Shown here: piece by piece, positions 42,809 through 51,149 of the stretch
Layout: every line of letters starts with the position of its first letter
Position numbering within the stretch: position 1 is the stretch's first letter
Assembly (NCBI GenBank): GCA_017461985.1
Contig: JAFTSA010000004.1
Span: forward strand, 198,053 to 262,052
Length of the DNA stretch: 64,000 bases
Direction: 5' to 3'
Origin: Clostridia bacterium
GTDB taxonomy: Bacteria; Bacillota; Clostridia; Christensenellales; CAG-917
Made by a program: the position numbers and the translations under genes
The notes under the pieces: generated by a model
The model's database searches: none
What the model saw: the letters and a program-made list of their open reading frames with translations, nothing else
Told to the model about the DNA's origin: nothing

Positions 42809-44035
42809 ATGAAAAAGATTACAATGCAAAAATATGCTCGTCTTATTGCAAGAAAGGGCATCAACATCCAAAAAGGTCAAGAAGTTATGATCAATGCTGA
42901 CCTCGATCAACCCGAATTCGTCAAAATGTTGGTTGAAGAGTGCTACAAAGCAGGCGCAGGCAAAGTCATCGTGGAATGGGCATATCAACCCCTTGCAAAA
43001 CTTCATTATCGCTATCGCAGTATGAAGACTTTGTCAACCGTTGAAAAGTGGGAAGTTGAACGAATGGAACATCGTGCAACAACACTTCCTGCAATGATTC
43101 ATCTTGAATCTGACGATCCCGATGGACTCAAGGGCATTGACCAAGTGAAACTTGCCAAGTCACAACAAGCAAGATATCCCATCATCAAACCCTTCCGCGA
43201 TAGAATGGAAAACAGATATCAATGGTGTATCGCTGCAGTCCCTGGTGAGGCATGGGCAAAAAAGGTTTTCCCCGGACTTAGAGTCAATCAAGCAGTGGAA
43301 AAACTTTGGGAAGCAATCCTTTACACCTCACGTGCAGACGGCGATGATCCTGTGAAGGCATGGGAAGATCACAATGCAGATTTGCAAGCAAGATGCAAAT
43401 ATCTCAACGATCTTGGCATTGCAGAACTTCATTATACCTCCTCAAACGGCACGGATTTCACCGTAGGACTTATTGAAGACGGAATCTTCTGTGGCGGATG
43501 TGAAGACACTCTCAGTGGCGTCACGTTCAATCCTAACATCCCTAGTGAAGAAGTTTTCACCTCACCTATGAAAGGCAAGGCAGAAGGCAAGGTTGTTGCA
43601 ACTCGTCCTTTGTCATATCGTGGTGAAGTCATTGAAAATTTCTGGATTAGATTTGAAAACGGCAAGGCAGTTGAAGTCCATGCAGAAAGAAATGAAGATC
43701 TTTTGAAATCTATGATTTCAATGGATGAAACCGCAGGCTATCTTGGTGAGTGCGCGCTCGTGCCTTACGACAGTCCTATCAGAAACAGTGAAATCACTTT
43801 CTTCAACACTCTCTTTGATGAAAACGCATGCTGTCACTTGGCTCTCGGCGCAGGTTTCAACAACTGCTTGAAGGATTACGATAAGTACACCCTTGAAGAA
43901 TGCACAGAAAAAGGCATCAACGATTCAATGATTCACGTTGACTTTATGATTGGCAGTGAAGATCTTTCAATCGACGCAATCACTCGCGACGGCAAGACGG
44001 TTGCAATCTTCCGTGATGGAAACTGGGCGTTTTAA
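42809..44035 (+). CDS. M29-family aminopeptidase (AmpS/PepS-like)
   Basis: 408 aa. The N-terminus KYARLIARKGINIQKGQEVMINADLDQPEFVKMLVEECYKAGAGKV and overall length are typical of thermophilic metalloprotease M29. Confidence 0.8.
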   Translation: MKKITMQKYARLIARKGINIQKGQEVMINADLDQPEFVKMLVEECYKAGAGKVIVEWAYQPLAKLHYRYRSMKTLSTVEKWEVERMEHRATTLPAMIHLESDDPDGLKGIDQVKLAKSQQARYPIIKPFRDRMENRYQWCIAAVPGEAWAKKVFPGLRVNQAVEKLWEAILYTSRADGDDPVKAWEDHNADLQARCKYLNDLGIAELHYTSSNGTDFTVGLIEDGIFCGGCEDTLSGVTFNPNIPSEEVFTSPMKGKAEGKVVATRPLSYRGEVIENFWIRFENGKAVEVHAERNEDLLKSMISMDETAGYLGECALVPYDSPIRNSEITFFNTLFDENACCHLALGAGFNNCLKDYDKYTLEECTEKGINDSMIHVDFMIGSEDLSIDAITRDGKTVAIFRDGNWAF

Positions 44036-44508
44036 TGAAAATTCGTGTTGCAGAAAAACGAGATATTCCTCGCATAATTGATTTGCTCAAACAAATCAAA
44101 GTTATTCACCACAACGGAAGACCCGATCTTTTCAGCGATGACGAAAGCAAATTCAATCACGCTGAAGTCGAGGCAATATTGCTGGATGAAAAGCGCAGGG
44201 TTTTTGTTTCAGTGGATGAAGATGACATCGTTAATGGCTATGTTTTTTGTCAATTTAGAGAAACCGAGGGAAATGGACTTCTTAAAAAACACAAAACCCT
44301 TTGGATTGAGGACTTTTGTGTTGATGAAAATGCAAGAAGTGGCGGAATTGGAAAACTGCTTCACAAAACCGCAGAAGAATATGCCATTGAAACAGGTTGC
44401 GACGATTTGACCTTGAACGTTTGGGGATTTAATTCTGGCGCAAAGGCCTTTTATGAAGCCAACGGCATGAGTGTCCAACGTGTGGTTATGGAAAAGAAAC
44501 TGAAATAA
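44035..44508 (+). CDS. GNAT-family N-acetyltransferase
   Basis: 157 aa with the acetyl-CoA motif VDENARSGGIGKLL; TAATG overlap with the upstream gene. Confidence 0.8.
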   Translation: MKIRVAEKRDIPRIIDLLKQIKVIHHNGRPDLFSDDESKFNHAEVEAILLDEKRRVFVSVDEDDIVNGYVFCQFRETEGNGLLKKHKTLWIEDFCVDENARSGGIGKLLHKTAEEYAIETGCDDLTLNVWGFNSGAKAFYEANGMSVQRVVMEKKLK

Positions 44509-44530
44509 TCAATCACAAAACAATAAGTGA

Positions 44531-44561
44531 AACCATCTCTTTGAGATGGTTTTATTTTTTA
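44531..44561 (+). terminator. Intrinsic terminator
   Basis: AACCATCTC-TTT-GAGATGGTT followed by TTATTTTTT. Confidence 0.8.
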
Positions 44562-44735
44562 CTTTTTTGTTTTTGAATAAAAATCCCCTTGTTGTAAACA
44601 ATATGCGTATGGATATTACTATGGCAAATATGGAAGACAAAGAAGTTTATTTTAAAGTGCCAGATGATATTGACGTGCGACCAATTGAAGACAAGATATT
44701 TCTGGACGGAATAAAGGAAATTTTAGGCAAAGAAT

Positions 44736-45173
44736 ATGATTGAAAGAGAAATATATCAAGAACACGTCAAGAAAACCGCACCAAAATCACCTATGATGCG
44801 AAGTTTGATTGCAGCATTTGTAGTTGGCGGCATCATTTGCTCGATAGGTGAGGGTGTGAAGGATATCGTAAAACTCATTGCGCCCGACATGGCAAAGCAA
44901 GACGTTGGCAGTTGGGTGTCAATGTCAATGATTTTCCTAGGCGCTTTTTTGACCGCAATTGGTGTCTATGACAAAATTGGGCATTTTGCCGGCGCAGGCT
45001 CTATCGTGCCAATAACAGGATTTGCCAATTCGGTTGTATCACCTGCAATGGAATACAATCGCGAAGGCGTGTTCTTCGGCGTCTGTGCAAAGATGTTTGT
45101 CATTGCAGGACCTATCATCGTATTTGGCGTTGTTTCAAGTGTCTTGGTTGGCATTATAGGATTGTTTCTATGA
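44736..45173 (+). CDS. spoVAC: Stage V sporulation protein AC
   Basis: AAFVVGGIICSIGEG and GAGSIVPITGFANSV motifs; 4 TM segments. Confidence 0.9.
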   Translation: MIEREIYQEHVKKTAPKSPMMRSLIAAFVVGGIICSIGEGVKDIVKLIAPDMAKQDVGSWVSMSMIFLGAFLTAIGVYDKIGHFAGAGSIVPITGFANSVVSPAMEYNREGVFFGVCAKMFVIAGPIIVFGVVSSVLVGIIGLFL

Positions 45174-46315
45174 AGATAAGAAAAGGCAGTTTTAGATTAT
45201 CTAACGGGGTGTATTTCAAAAGCGGATACACAATTGTAGGAAAAAAGGAAGAAGACGGGAACTTTTCCGGCAACTTCGATTTAGTGCTGAAAAATGACCT
45301 TTGGGGTGAAAAATCCTACGAAAAAGCAGAGTGCAAAATGCATCGTGAAGCCATAAGTGGTGCAATCGCAAAGTCAAATTTGACACGGGATGACGTGGAC
45401 ATTATGCTTGCTGGTGACCTTCTCAACGAACTTAGTGCGTCAAGTCTTGCCGCAAGAAACTTTCCAACCTCGTTTTTAGGTTTGTACAATGCTTGCTCCA
45501 CCTTTGGTGAGTGCGTTTTGGTTGGAAGTATGCTGATTGACGGTGGATTTGCGGATATAGTCACATGTTCAACTTCAAGTCACTTTTCCTCTGCAGAAAG
45601 GCAATATCGTTATCCATTGGAACTTGGAAATCAACGTACACCCACCGCACAATGGACTGTGACTGGCGCAGGGGCATGTGTTCTGTCAAAGAAAAAGCCG
45701 AATTTTGAAGATAATTTGGTGAAAAGCGACCAAGTCATTGAAGATATGAACGAAAAAGACAGAAAATTCATCCTTGACACCGCAGTGGCACGTGTAAAAT
45801 ACGAGAAAAATCACGTTGCAAAGGTTGTTGAGGGCACAATAGGACGTGTCGTTGACCTAGGAATTGATGATGAAAGCAATATGGGGGCAGCAATGGCACC
45901 TGCCGCTGCAGACACAATAATCCGTCATCTTGGGGATTTTGACCGTAAAATCGACTATTACGATGCGATTTTCACTGGAGACCTAGGAAGATATGGCAAA
46001 GAATTGCTTGAATACATCCTTTCAAAGGAAGGAATTGATTTGTCTGACACATATATGGACACAGGGGCAAGCTATTTCAAACCCGAGCAACAGACTTTTC
46101 AAGGCGGATCGGGGGCAGGGTGCATCAGCACTGTTTTCAACGGCTATATTTTGAGCAAACTAGAAAACGGGGCACTAAATAGAATTTTGGTTGTTCCGAC
46201 GGGTGCACTCCTCAACAAAGACACTCCGTTGCAAAAGGAAACGATTCCTGGAATTGCCCACGCATTTGTGGTTGAAACCGAGAAAATCAAAGAAAAGTAT
46301 TCTAAAAAACAATAA
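45170..46315 (+). CDS. spoVAD: Stage V sporulation protein AD (thiolase-like fold) with an internal insertion
   Basis: LAGDLLN, NACSTFGE, SSHFSSAERQYRYP, MGAAMAPAAADTI and GGSGAGCIS motifs. 381 aa, versus ~338 aa recalled for Bacillus SpoVAD. Confidence 0.9.
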   Translation: MKIRKGSFRLSNGVYFKSGYTIVGKKEEDGNFSGNFDLVLKNDLWGEKSYEKAECKMHREAISGAIAKSNLTRDDVDIMLAGDLLNELSASSLAARNFPTSFLGLYNACSTFGECVLVGSMLIDGGFADIVTCSTSSHFSSAERQYRYPLELGNQRTPTAQWTVTGAGACVLSKKKPNFEDNLVKSDQVIEDMNEKDRKFILDTAVARVKYEKNHVAKVVEGTIGRVVDLGIDDESNMGAAMAPAAADTIIRHLGDFDRKIDYYDAIFTGDLGRYGKELLEYILSKEGIDLSDTYMDTGASYFKPEQQTFQGGSGAGCISTVFNGYILSKLENGALNRILVVPTGALLNKDTPLQKETIPGIAHAFVVETEKIKEKYSKKQ

Positions 46316-46386
46316 AATATAGAATTAAAATAGAATTTTGAGCGAATTTTTTAGAAAATTTGCCAAAATCCTTGGAATCAGCATAT

Positions 46387-46758
46387 ATGGACTATTTTTT
46401 GAGCTATCTTAAAGTTTTTGCAGTTGGCGGTGCGGTTTGTGTTGTTGGTCAAGTCCTCATAAACAAAACGAGTATGTCGTCTGCACGTATCCTTGTCACC
46501 TTCTTACTCCTGGGAGTTCTTCTTGAAATCACTGGTGCATTTAAGTATATGGAGGAATTTGCAGGGGCAGGCGTGACTGTGCCCATCATGGGTTTTGGAA
46601 GCAATCTTGCAAAGGGAGCACTGGAAGGAGCGAAAGAAGAGGGCATTTTGGGAGCAATCAAAGGAGGATTGTCCGCGGTTTCTGCAGGGCTTTCATCTGT
46701 CATCTTGTTTGGATTCTTCTTTGCATTGATATTCAAGTCAAAAAGCAAAAAAGTATAA
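46387..46758 (+). CDS. spoVAE: Stage V sporulation protein AE
   Basis: VFAVGGAVCVVGQVLI and GAGVTVPIMGFGSNLAKGA. ATG at 46387; the ORF-track start at 46360 is a TTG. Confidence 0.85.
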   Translation: MDYFLSYLKVFAVGGAVCVVGQVLINKTSMSSARILVTFLLLGVLLEITGAFKYMEEFAGAGVTVPIMGFGSNLAKGALEGAKEEGILGAIKGGLSAVSAGLSSVILFGFFFALIFKSKSKKV

Positions 46759-46786
46759 ATTGTACAAAATTCCAATTGCTTTGATG

Positions 46787-46810
46787 TTTTATGCAATTTA
46801 TTGCATAAAA
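46787..46810. terminator. AT-rich palindromic hairpin between the convergent spoVAE and yunB genes
   Basis: TTTTATGCAAT-TT-ATTGCATAAAA; weak stem. Confidence 0.4.
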
Positions 46811-46844
46811 TCTTACATATTTTTCATATATTTTTTATATTTTT

Positions 46845-47519
46845 CTATTCGTCAGGTGACAAATCAAATATGTCAAACGCATTTCCCATAGTGAGATAAG
46901 TGTCTGGAATTTTTCCCACAATCAAATTTTCACAAACCAAAACTTCTGCTTTTACACTTATTGTCGGGTCAGCAATAGGAGTGATGACGTTTATGTCAGC
47001 ATAGACATCTATGTAGATGCGGTGCACCGTTTGGTTTATTCCTGCGGACACAAATGATGACACAAAATCGCAGTTGGCAGTGCCGATTGGCATAATTTTG
47101 ATGCTTACGTCGGGTCCAAACCCGGTGAGTAGGGCCAGTCCTGTGAAAGTGCCAAAGGCAATATCCAAATTTTGCACCCCTAAATCGTCTAAATTTGCTT
47201 GGGCAAGATTGGCTATTTGTCGTGCGATGGCATTAATTCTTGGAGAATTGGCTTGTATCATTTCCACATCACCGTTTTCATTTTTGATTACGGTGAAAAG
47301 GTCTTCATAGGTTATGTTTTCTTGCAAAACGGTGGTTGCTGCAAGGTTGACTGCATTTGTGCCAATTGCTCGCACTTGTGCCTCAGAGCTTTCAATGACG
47401 ATAGGCACGACATTGTTGCGAAAATACGTTGTAGAAATGACAAAAACCCCAACAAATATTAAAATTGCAGTGGTGACACGCAGTGCTTTTGGTTTTAATA
47501 TTTTTTTAAGTTTTGCCAT
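46845..47519 (-). CDS. yunB: Sporulation protein YunB
   Basis: N-terminal TM segment plus the conserved body (VNLAATTVLQE...GTFTGLALLTGFGP...IMPIGT). The only ATG is at 47519; the ORF-track start at 47561 is a TTG. Confidence 0.8.
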   Translation of the reverse strand: MAKLKKILKPKALRVTTAILIFVGVFVISTTYFRNNVVPIVIESSEAQVRAIGTNAVNLAATTVLQENITYEDLFTVIKNENGDVEMIQANSPRINAIARQIANLAQANLDDLGVQNLDIAFGTFTGLALLTGFGPDVSIKIMPIGTANCDFVSSFVSAGINQTVHRIYIDVYADINVITPIADPTISVKAEVLVCENLIVGKIPDTYLTMGNAFDIFDLSPDE

Positions 47520-47631
47520 CTTTTCATTATATGAAAAATTCCTTTCATTGATAACAGGCAAAGGCAGCTGTACTTTTTTGCCTAAAAAACCCGCTTTTCA
47601 AGCTGTTTTTTGTGTATTTAGGCTGTATTTG

Positions 47632-47660
47632 TTGACGAAGTAAACTCAAATTGTTATATT
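47632..47660 (+). promoter_or_regulatory. sigmaA promoter of pheST (TTGACG-17-TATATT)
   Basis: TTGACG at 47632-47637 and TATATT at 47655-47660; leaves only a ~50 nt leader. Confidence 0.55.
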
Positions 47661-47676
47661 AATATAAGTATTATTC

Positions 47677-47701
47677 CGTGAGCGTACGTATGCGCCCACG
47701 C
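47677..47701. repeat. GC-rich alternating purine/pyrimidine element (pheS 5' UTR)
   Basis: CGTGAGCGTACGTATGCGCCCACGC. GCGTACGTATGCGC is 14 nt of perfect alternation. Imperfect hairpin CGTGAGCG/CGCCCACG. Confidence 0.65.
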
Positions 47702-47717
47702 TAGCATAGGAGTTTTT

Positions 47718-48740
47718 ATGAAAGAACAAATGGAACTTTTGAAAGCATCCGCTCTTGATGCCATTGAAAAGGCAAATACCACTGCTGAACTCAATGACGT
47801 AAGAGTCCGTTTTCTTGGAAAAAGTGGCGAAATGACCGCTATTATGAGAGGTCTTGCCTCAGTCCCCAAGGAAGAAAAACCTGCAATGGGCAAACTTGTC
47901 AACGAAGTACGCTTTGCAATTGAAGGCGCACTTGACAGCAAAATCAAGGCCGTTGCAGAAATGGAAAAGCAAGCCCGCCTCAAAGCAGAAGCAGTGGACG
48001 TCACTTTCCCCGCAAGCTTCAAGAAGACTGGAACACTGCACCCTATCACAAAAATCAAAAACGAAATTGAAGATATTTTCCTTCAAATGGGCTTTTCAGT
48101 CCAAGAAGGACCTGAAATTGAAACAGACCTTTTCAACTTCCAACTTTTGAACGTGCCTAAGGATCACCCTGCACGTGATATGCAAGACACTTTCTACTGC
48201 GCAGATGACATTGTGCTTCGCACACAAACCTCTGCAATTCAAGCAAGGATTATGCTTGAAAAACAACCTCCCATCAGAGTGCTCAGCCCCGGCAAGGTGT
48301 TTAGAAGTGACGATGACGCATCACACAGCCCCGTCTTCCACCAAATGGAAGGTCTTGCGATCGATGAGCATATCACCATAGGTGATCTCACCGGTTGCTT
48401 GCTTACGTTTGCTCAAAAGATGTTCAGTGAAGACACAAAGGTCAGACTTCGTCCTTCATATTTTCCTTTCACCGAGCCTTCAGTTGAAGTTGACGTCACT
48501 TGCTCAATGTGTCATGGCAAGGGTTGCAAACTCTGCAAGGGCACTGGCTGGATGGAAATCCTTGGCGCAGGCATAGTCAACCCTGCAGTCCTTGATATGT
48601 GTGGCATTGACAGCAAGAAGTATAGCGGTTTTGCTTTCGGCTTTGGCATTGAGCGTATCGCTATGATCAAGTACGGAATCCCCAACATCAAACTTTTCTA
48701 TGAAAACGACGTGAGATTCCTCAATCAATTCAATGACTAA
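47718..48740 (+). CDS. pheS: Phenylalanine--tRNA ligase alpha subunit
   Basis: Class II aaRS motifs (HPARDMQDTF, FRSD...HSPVFHQMEG, GFAFGFGIERI). Confidence 0.95.
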   Translation: MKEQMELLKASALDAIEKANTTAELNDVRVRFLGKSGEMTAIMRGLASVPKEEKPAMGKLVNEVRFAIEGALDSKIKAVAEMEKQARLKAEAVDVTFPASFKKTGTLHPITKIKNEIEDIFLQMGFSVQEGPEIETDLFNFQLLNVPKDHPARDMQDTFYCADDIVLRTQTSAIQARIMLEKQPPIRVLSPGKVFRSDDDASHSPVFHQMEGLAIDEHITIGDLTGCLLTFAQKMFSEDTKVRLRPSYFPFTEPSVEVDVTCSMCHGKGCKLCKGTGWMEILGAGIVNPAVLDMCGIDSKKYSGFAFGFGIERIAMIKYGIPNIKLFYENDVRFLNQFND

Positions 48741-48752
48741 GGAGGGTTGAAA

Positions 48753-51143
48753 ATGTTAGCACCTATTTCCTGGCTTAAAGATTACGTAGATATCAACGTT
48801 TCACCTGAAGTCCTTGCAAAGAAACTCGTTGCAATCGGCTTTGAGGTTGAAGAAATCATATATCAAGAAAAGAGCGCATCAAAAGTTGTTGTCGGCAATA
48901 TCGTGGAAGTTGAAAAACATCCCAACGCAGACAGACTCCGCGTGACTCAAATCGATATCGGTGGTGGCAAGATTCAAGTTGTCACCAACGTGCCCGTCGT
49001 TGGCGGTGAAACAATTGCAGTGGCTCTTGACGGAGCAGTGCTTGCAGACGGACATCAAATTGTCAAAGGTCAACTCCGTGGCGTCACCAGTGAGGGTATG
49101 CTTTGCGGACTTGATGAAATCGGCGCAACTGTTGACGATGTCGTTGGACAATCAAAGGATGACATAATCTGTTTCCCCGAAGGCACAACTCTTGGCGTTG
49201 ATGCACTTAAAGCCCTTGGCTTTGATGACGTCATCCTTGACGTTGGCGTCACAGCCAATCGTCCTGACTGCAACAGCATCTATAAACTTGCAAAAGAAGT
49301 GGCAGTTGCACTGAAAACTACTTGCCGTGAGCCTGAAATCGCCTACGAAACAGTTGAAGGCAACGTTAAGGACTTCGTGTCAGTTGATGTAAAAAACAAT
49401 GCACTTTGTCCTAGATATATGGCAAGCGCAGTGAAAAACGTGAAAGTTTGCCCCTCTGAATACAAGATTAGACAAAGACTTCACGCAGTGGGCATCCGTC
49501 CTATCAACAATATTGTGGACATCACCAACTACGTACTCACAGAAATCGGTCAACCTATGCACGCATTTGACCTTCGTGACCTTGGTGGCAATGCAATCGT
49601 TGTTAGAAATGCGAAAAATGGCGAAGAAATCGTCACCCTTGACGGCAAAAAGAACATTCTCAATGAAAATATGTTTGTCATAGCTGACGCAAATCGTCCC
49701 GTGGCAGTGGCAGGTGTTATGGGCGGTGAAAATAGTGGCGTCAAAGACGACACAACAACAATCGTGTTTGAATCTGCAAAGTTTGCTCGTGACAGCGTGA
49801 GAAAGACCTCTCGTGCACTTGCTCTCCGCAGTGATAGTTCCGCCAGATTTGAAAAGGGCATCGACTTTGCCTCACAAGAATATGGCATCAAGCGTGCACT
49901 TACACTTATCGCACAAGGTGGATATGGTGAAATTGTTGGCGGAATCATTGATGAAAAGGTTGACTATGCAACCACCCGCGACATCACGTTCACAACCAAA
50001 CAAATTGAAAAGATTGTTGGTTGCAAAGTGCCCAAAAAGACTCTCATTGCAATCCTTGAAAGATTGGGCATCACTTGTGATGACAATGTGAAATCATTGA
50101 CTGCACACGTCAAAGAAGACAGAGAAGACGTTGTGGGCGTCAACGACATAGCAGAAGAATTCATCAGAGTGTATGGCTACTCACACGTCAAACCCACACT
50201 CTTTGCACACTCAAGACTGACAAGAGGCGGAAAGAGTGAAAAGATTTTGTTTGTTGACAAGGTTAAAGATATTCTCGCATCACTTGGCCTTAATGAAGCA
50301 ATCTCATATTCATTTACATCACCCAAGTTTGCAGATGCACTTCGTCTTGACGAAGATGACAAGCGCAGAGAATTTATCACCCTTGTCAACCCTCTCGGCG
50401 AAGCACTCAGTGTTATGAGAACAACCCTCACACATACAATGTGTGAAACCTTGTCCTTTAACGTGACGCACTTCAACAAAGAAGCAGCACTCTTTGAAGT
50501 GTCAAGCGTCTATCTTCCCAAGTCACTGCCTCTCACAGAACTTCCTTACGAAGAAGAAAAGTTGGCAGTTGGCATGTATGGTCCTTCCGTTGATTTCTTC
50601 ACGTTGAAGGGTGTCATTGAAGAATTGCTTGCTGGCTTTGGCGTTGAAGGCAAGTATGTGAAAGCAAACATCAACTTCTTGCACCCTGGCAGAAGCGCAG
50701 AACTTTTCATCGCAGGCGAGAATGTTGGATATCTTGGTGAAATCCACCCCGACAGCGCAAAATTCTACGGCGTTGACAACAGACTGTACGTGGCAGAAAT
50801 CTCTATCGACAAACTCTTTGACCTTGTCAAAGGTGGCAAAAAGTTCCAAGCATTCTCAAAATTCCCCGCAGTTGAAAGAGACCTTGCAGTGGTTGTGGCA
50901 GAAGAAGTTGCAGTGGGCGATATGCTTGACGCAATCCGTGGCGGAAAGATCAAATATATCATTTCATCAACCGCATTTGACACATATAGAAGTGACGCAA
51001 TCGGCAAGGATAAGAAGAGCGTTGCATTGTCCTTCACATTCTCATCTCTAGACAGCACACTGAAAGACGACGATATTTCACAAGAAATGGCAAAGATTTT
51101 GTCAATCTTGAAACGTAAATTTGGAGCAAAAATCAGAGGATAA
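48753..51143 (+). CDS. pheT: Phenylalanine--tRNA ligase beta subunit
   Basis: tRNA-binding OB domain (HPNADRLRVTQIDIG), B3/4, B5 and FDX-ACB regions. AAGGAGGG SD upstream of the ATG at 48753. Confidence 0.95.
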   Translation: MLAPISWLKDYVDINVSPEVLAKKLVAIGFEVEEIIYQEKSASKVVVGNIVEVEKHPNADRLRVTQIDIGGGKIQVVTNVPVVGGETIAVALDGAVLADGHQIVKGQLRGVTSEGMLCGLDEIGATVDDVVGQSKDDIICFPEGTTLGVDALKALGFDDVILDVGVTANRPDCNSIYKLAKEVAVALKTTCREPEIAYETVEGNVKDFVSVDVKNNALCPRYMASAVKNVKVCPSEYKIRQRLHAVGIRPINNIVDITNYVLTEIGQPMHAFDLRDLGGNAIVVRNAKNGEEIVTLDGKKNILNENMFVIADANRPVAVAGVMGGENSGVKDDTTTIVFESAKFARDSVRKTSRALALRSDSSARFEKGIDFASQEYGIKRALTLIAQGGYGEIVGGIIDEKVDYATTRDITFTTKQIEKIVGCKVPKKTLIAILERLGITCDDNVKSLTAHVKEDREDVVGVNDIAEEFIRVYGYSHVKPTLFAHSRLTRGGKSEKILFVDKVKDILASLGLNEAISYSFTSPKFADALRLDEDDKRREFITLVNPLGEALSVMRTTLTHTMCETLSFNVTHFNKEAALFEVSSVYLPKSLPLTELPYEEEKLAVGMYGPSVDFFTLKGVIEELLAGFGVEGKYVKANINFLHPGRSAELFIAGENVGYLGEIHPDSAKFYGVDNRLYVAEISIDKLFDLVKGGKKFQAFSKFPAVERDLAVVVAEEVAVGDMLDAIRGGKIKYIISSTAFDTYRSDAIGKDKKSVALSFTFSSLDSTLKDDDISQEMAKILSILKRKFGAKIRG

Positions 51144-51149
51144 CAAACT

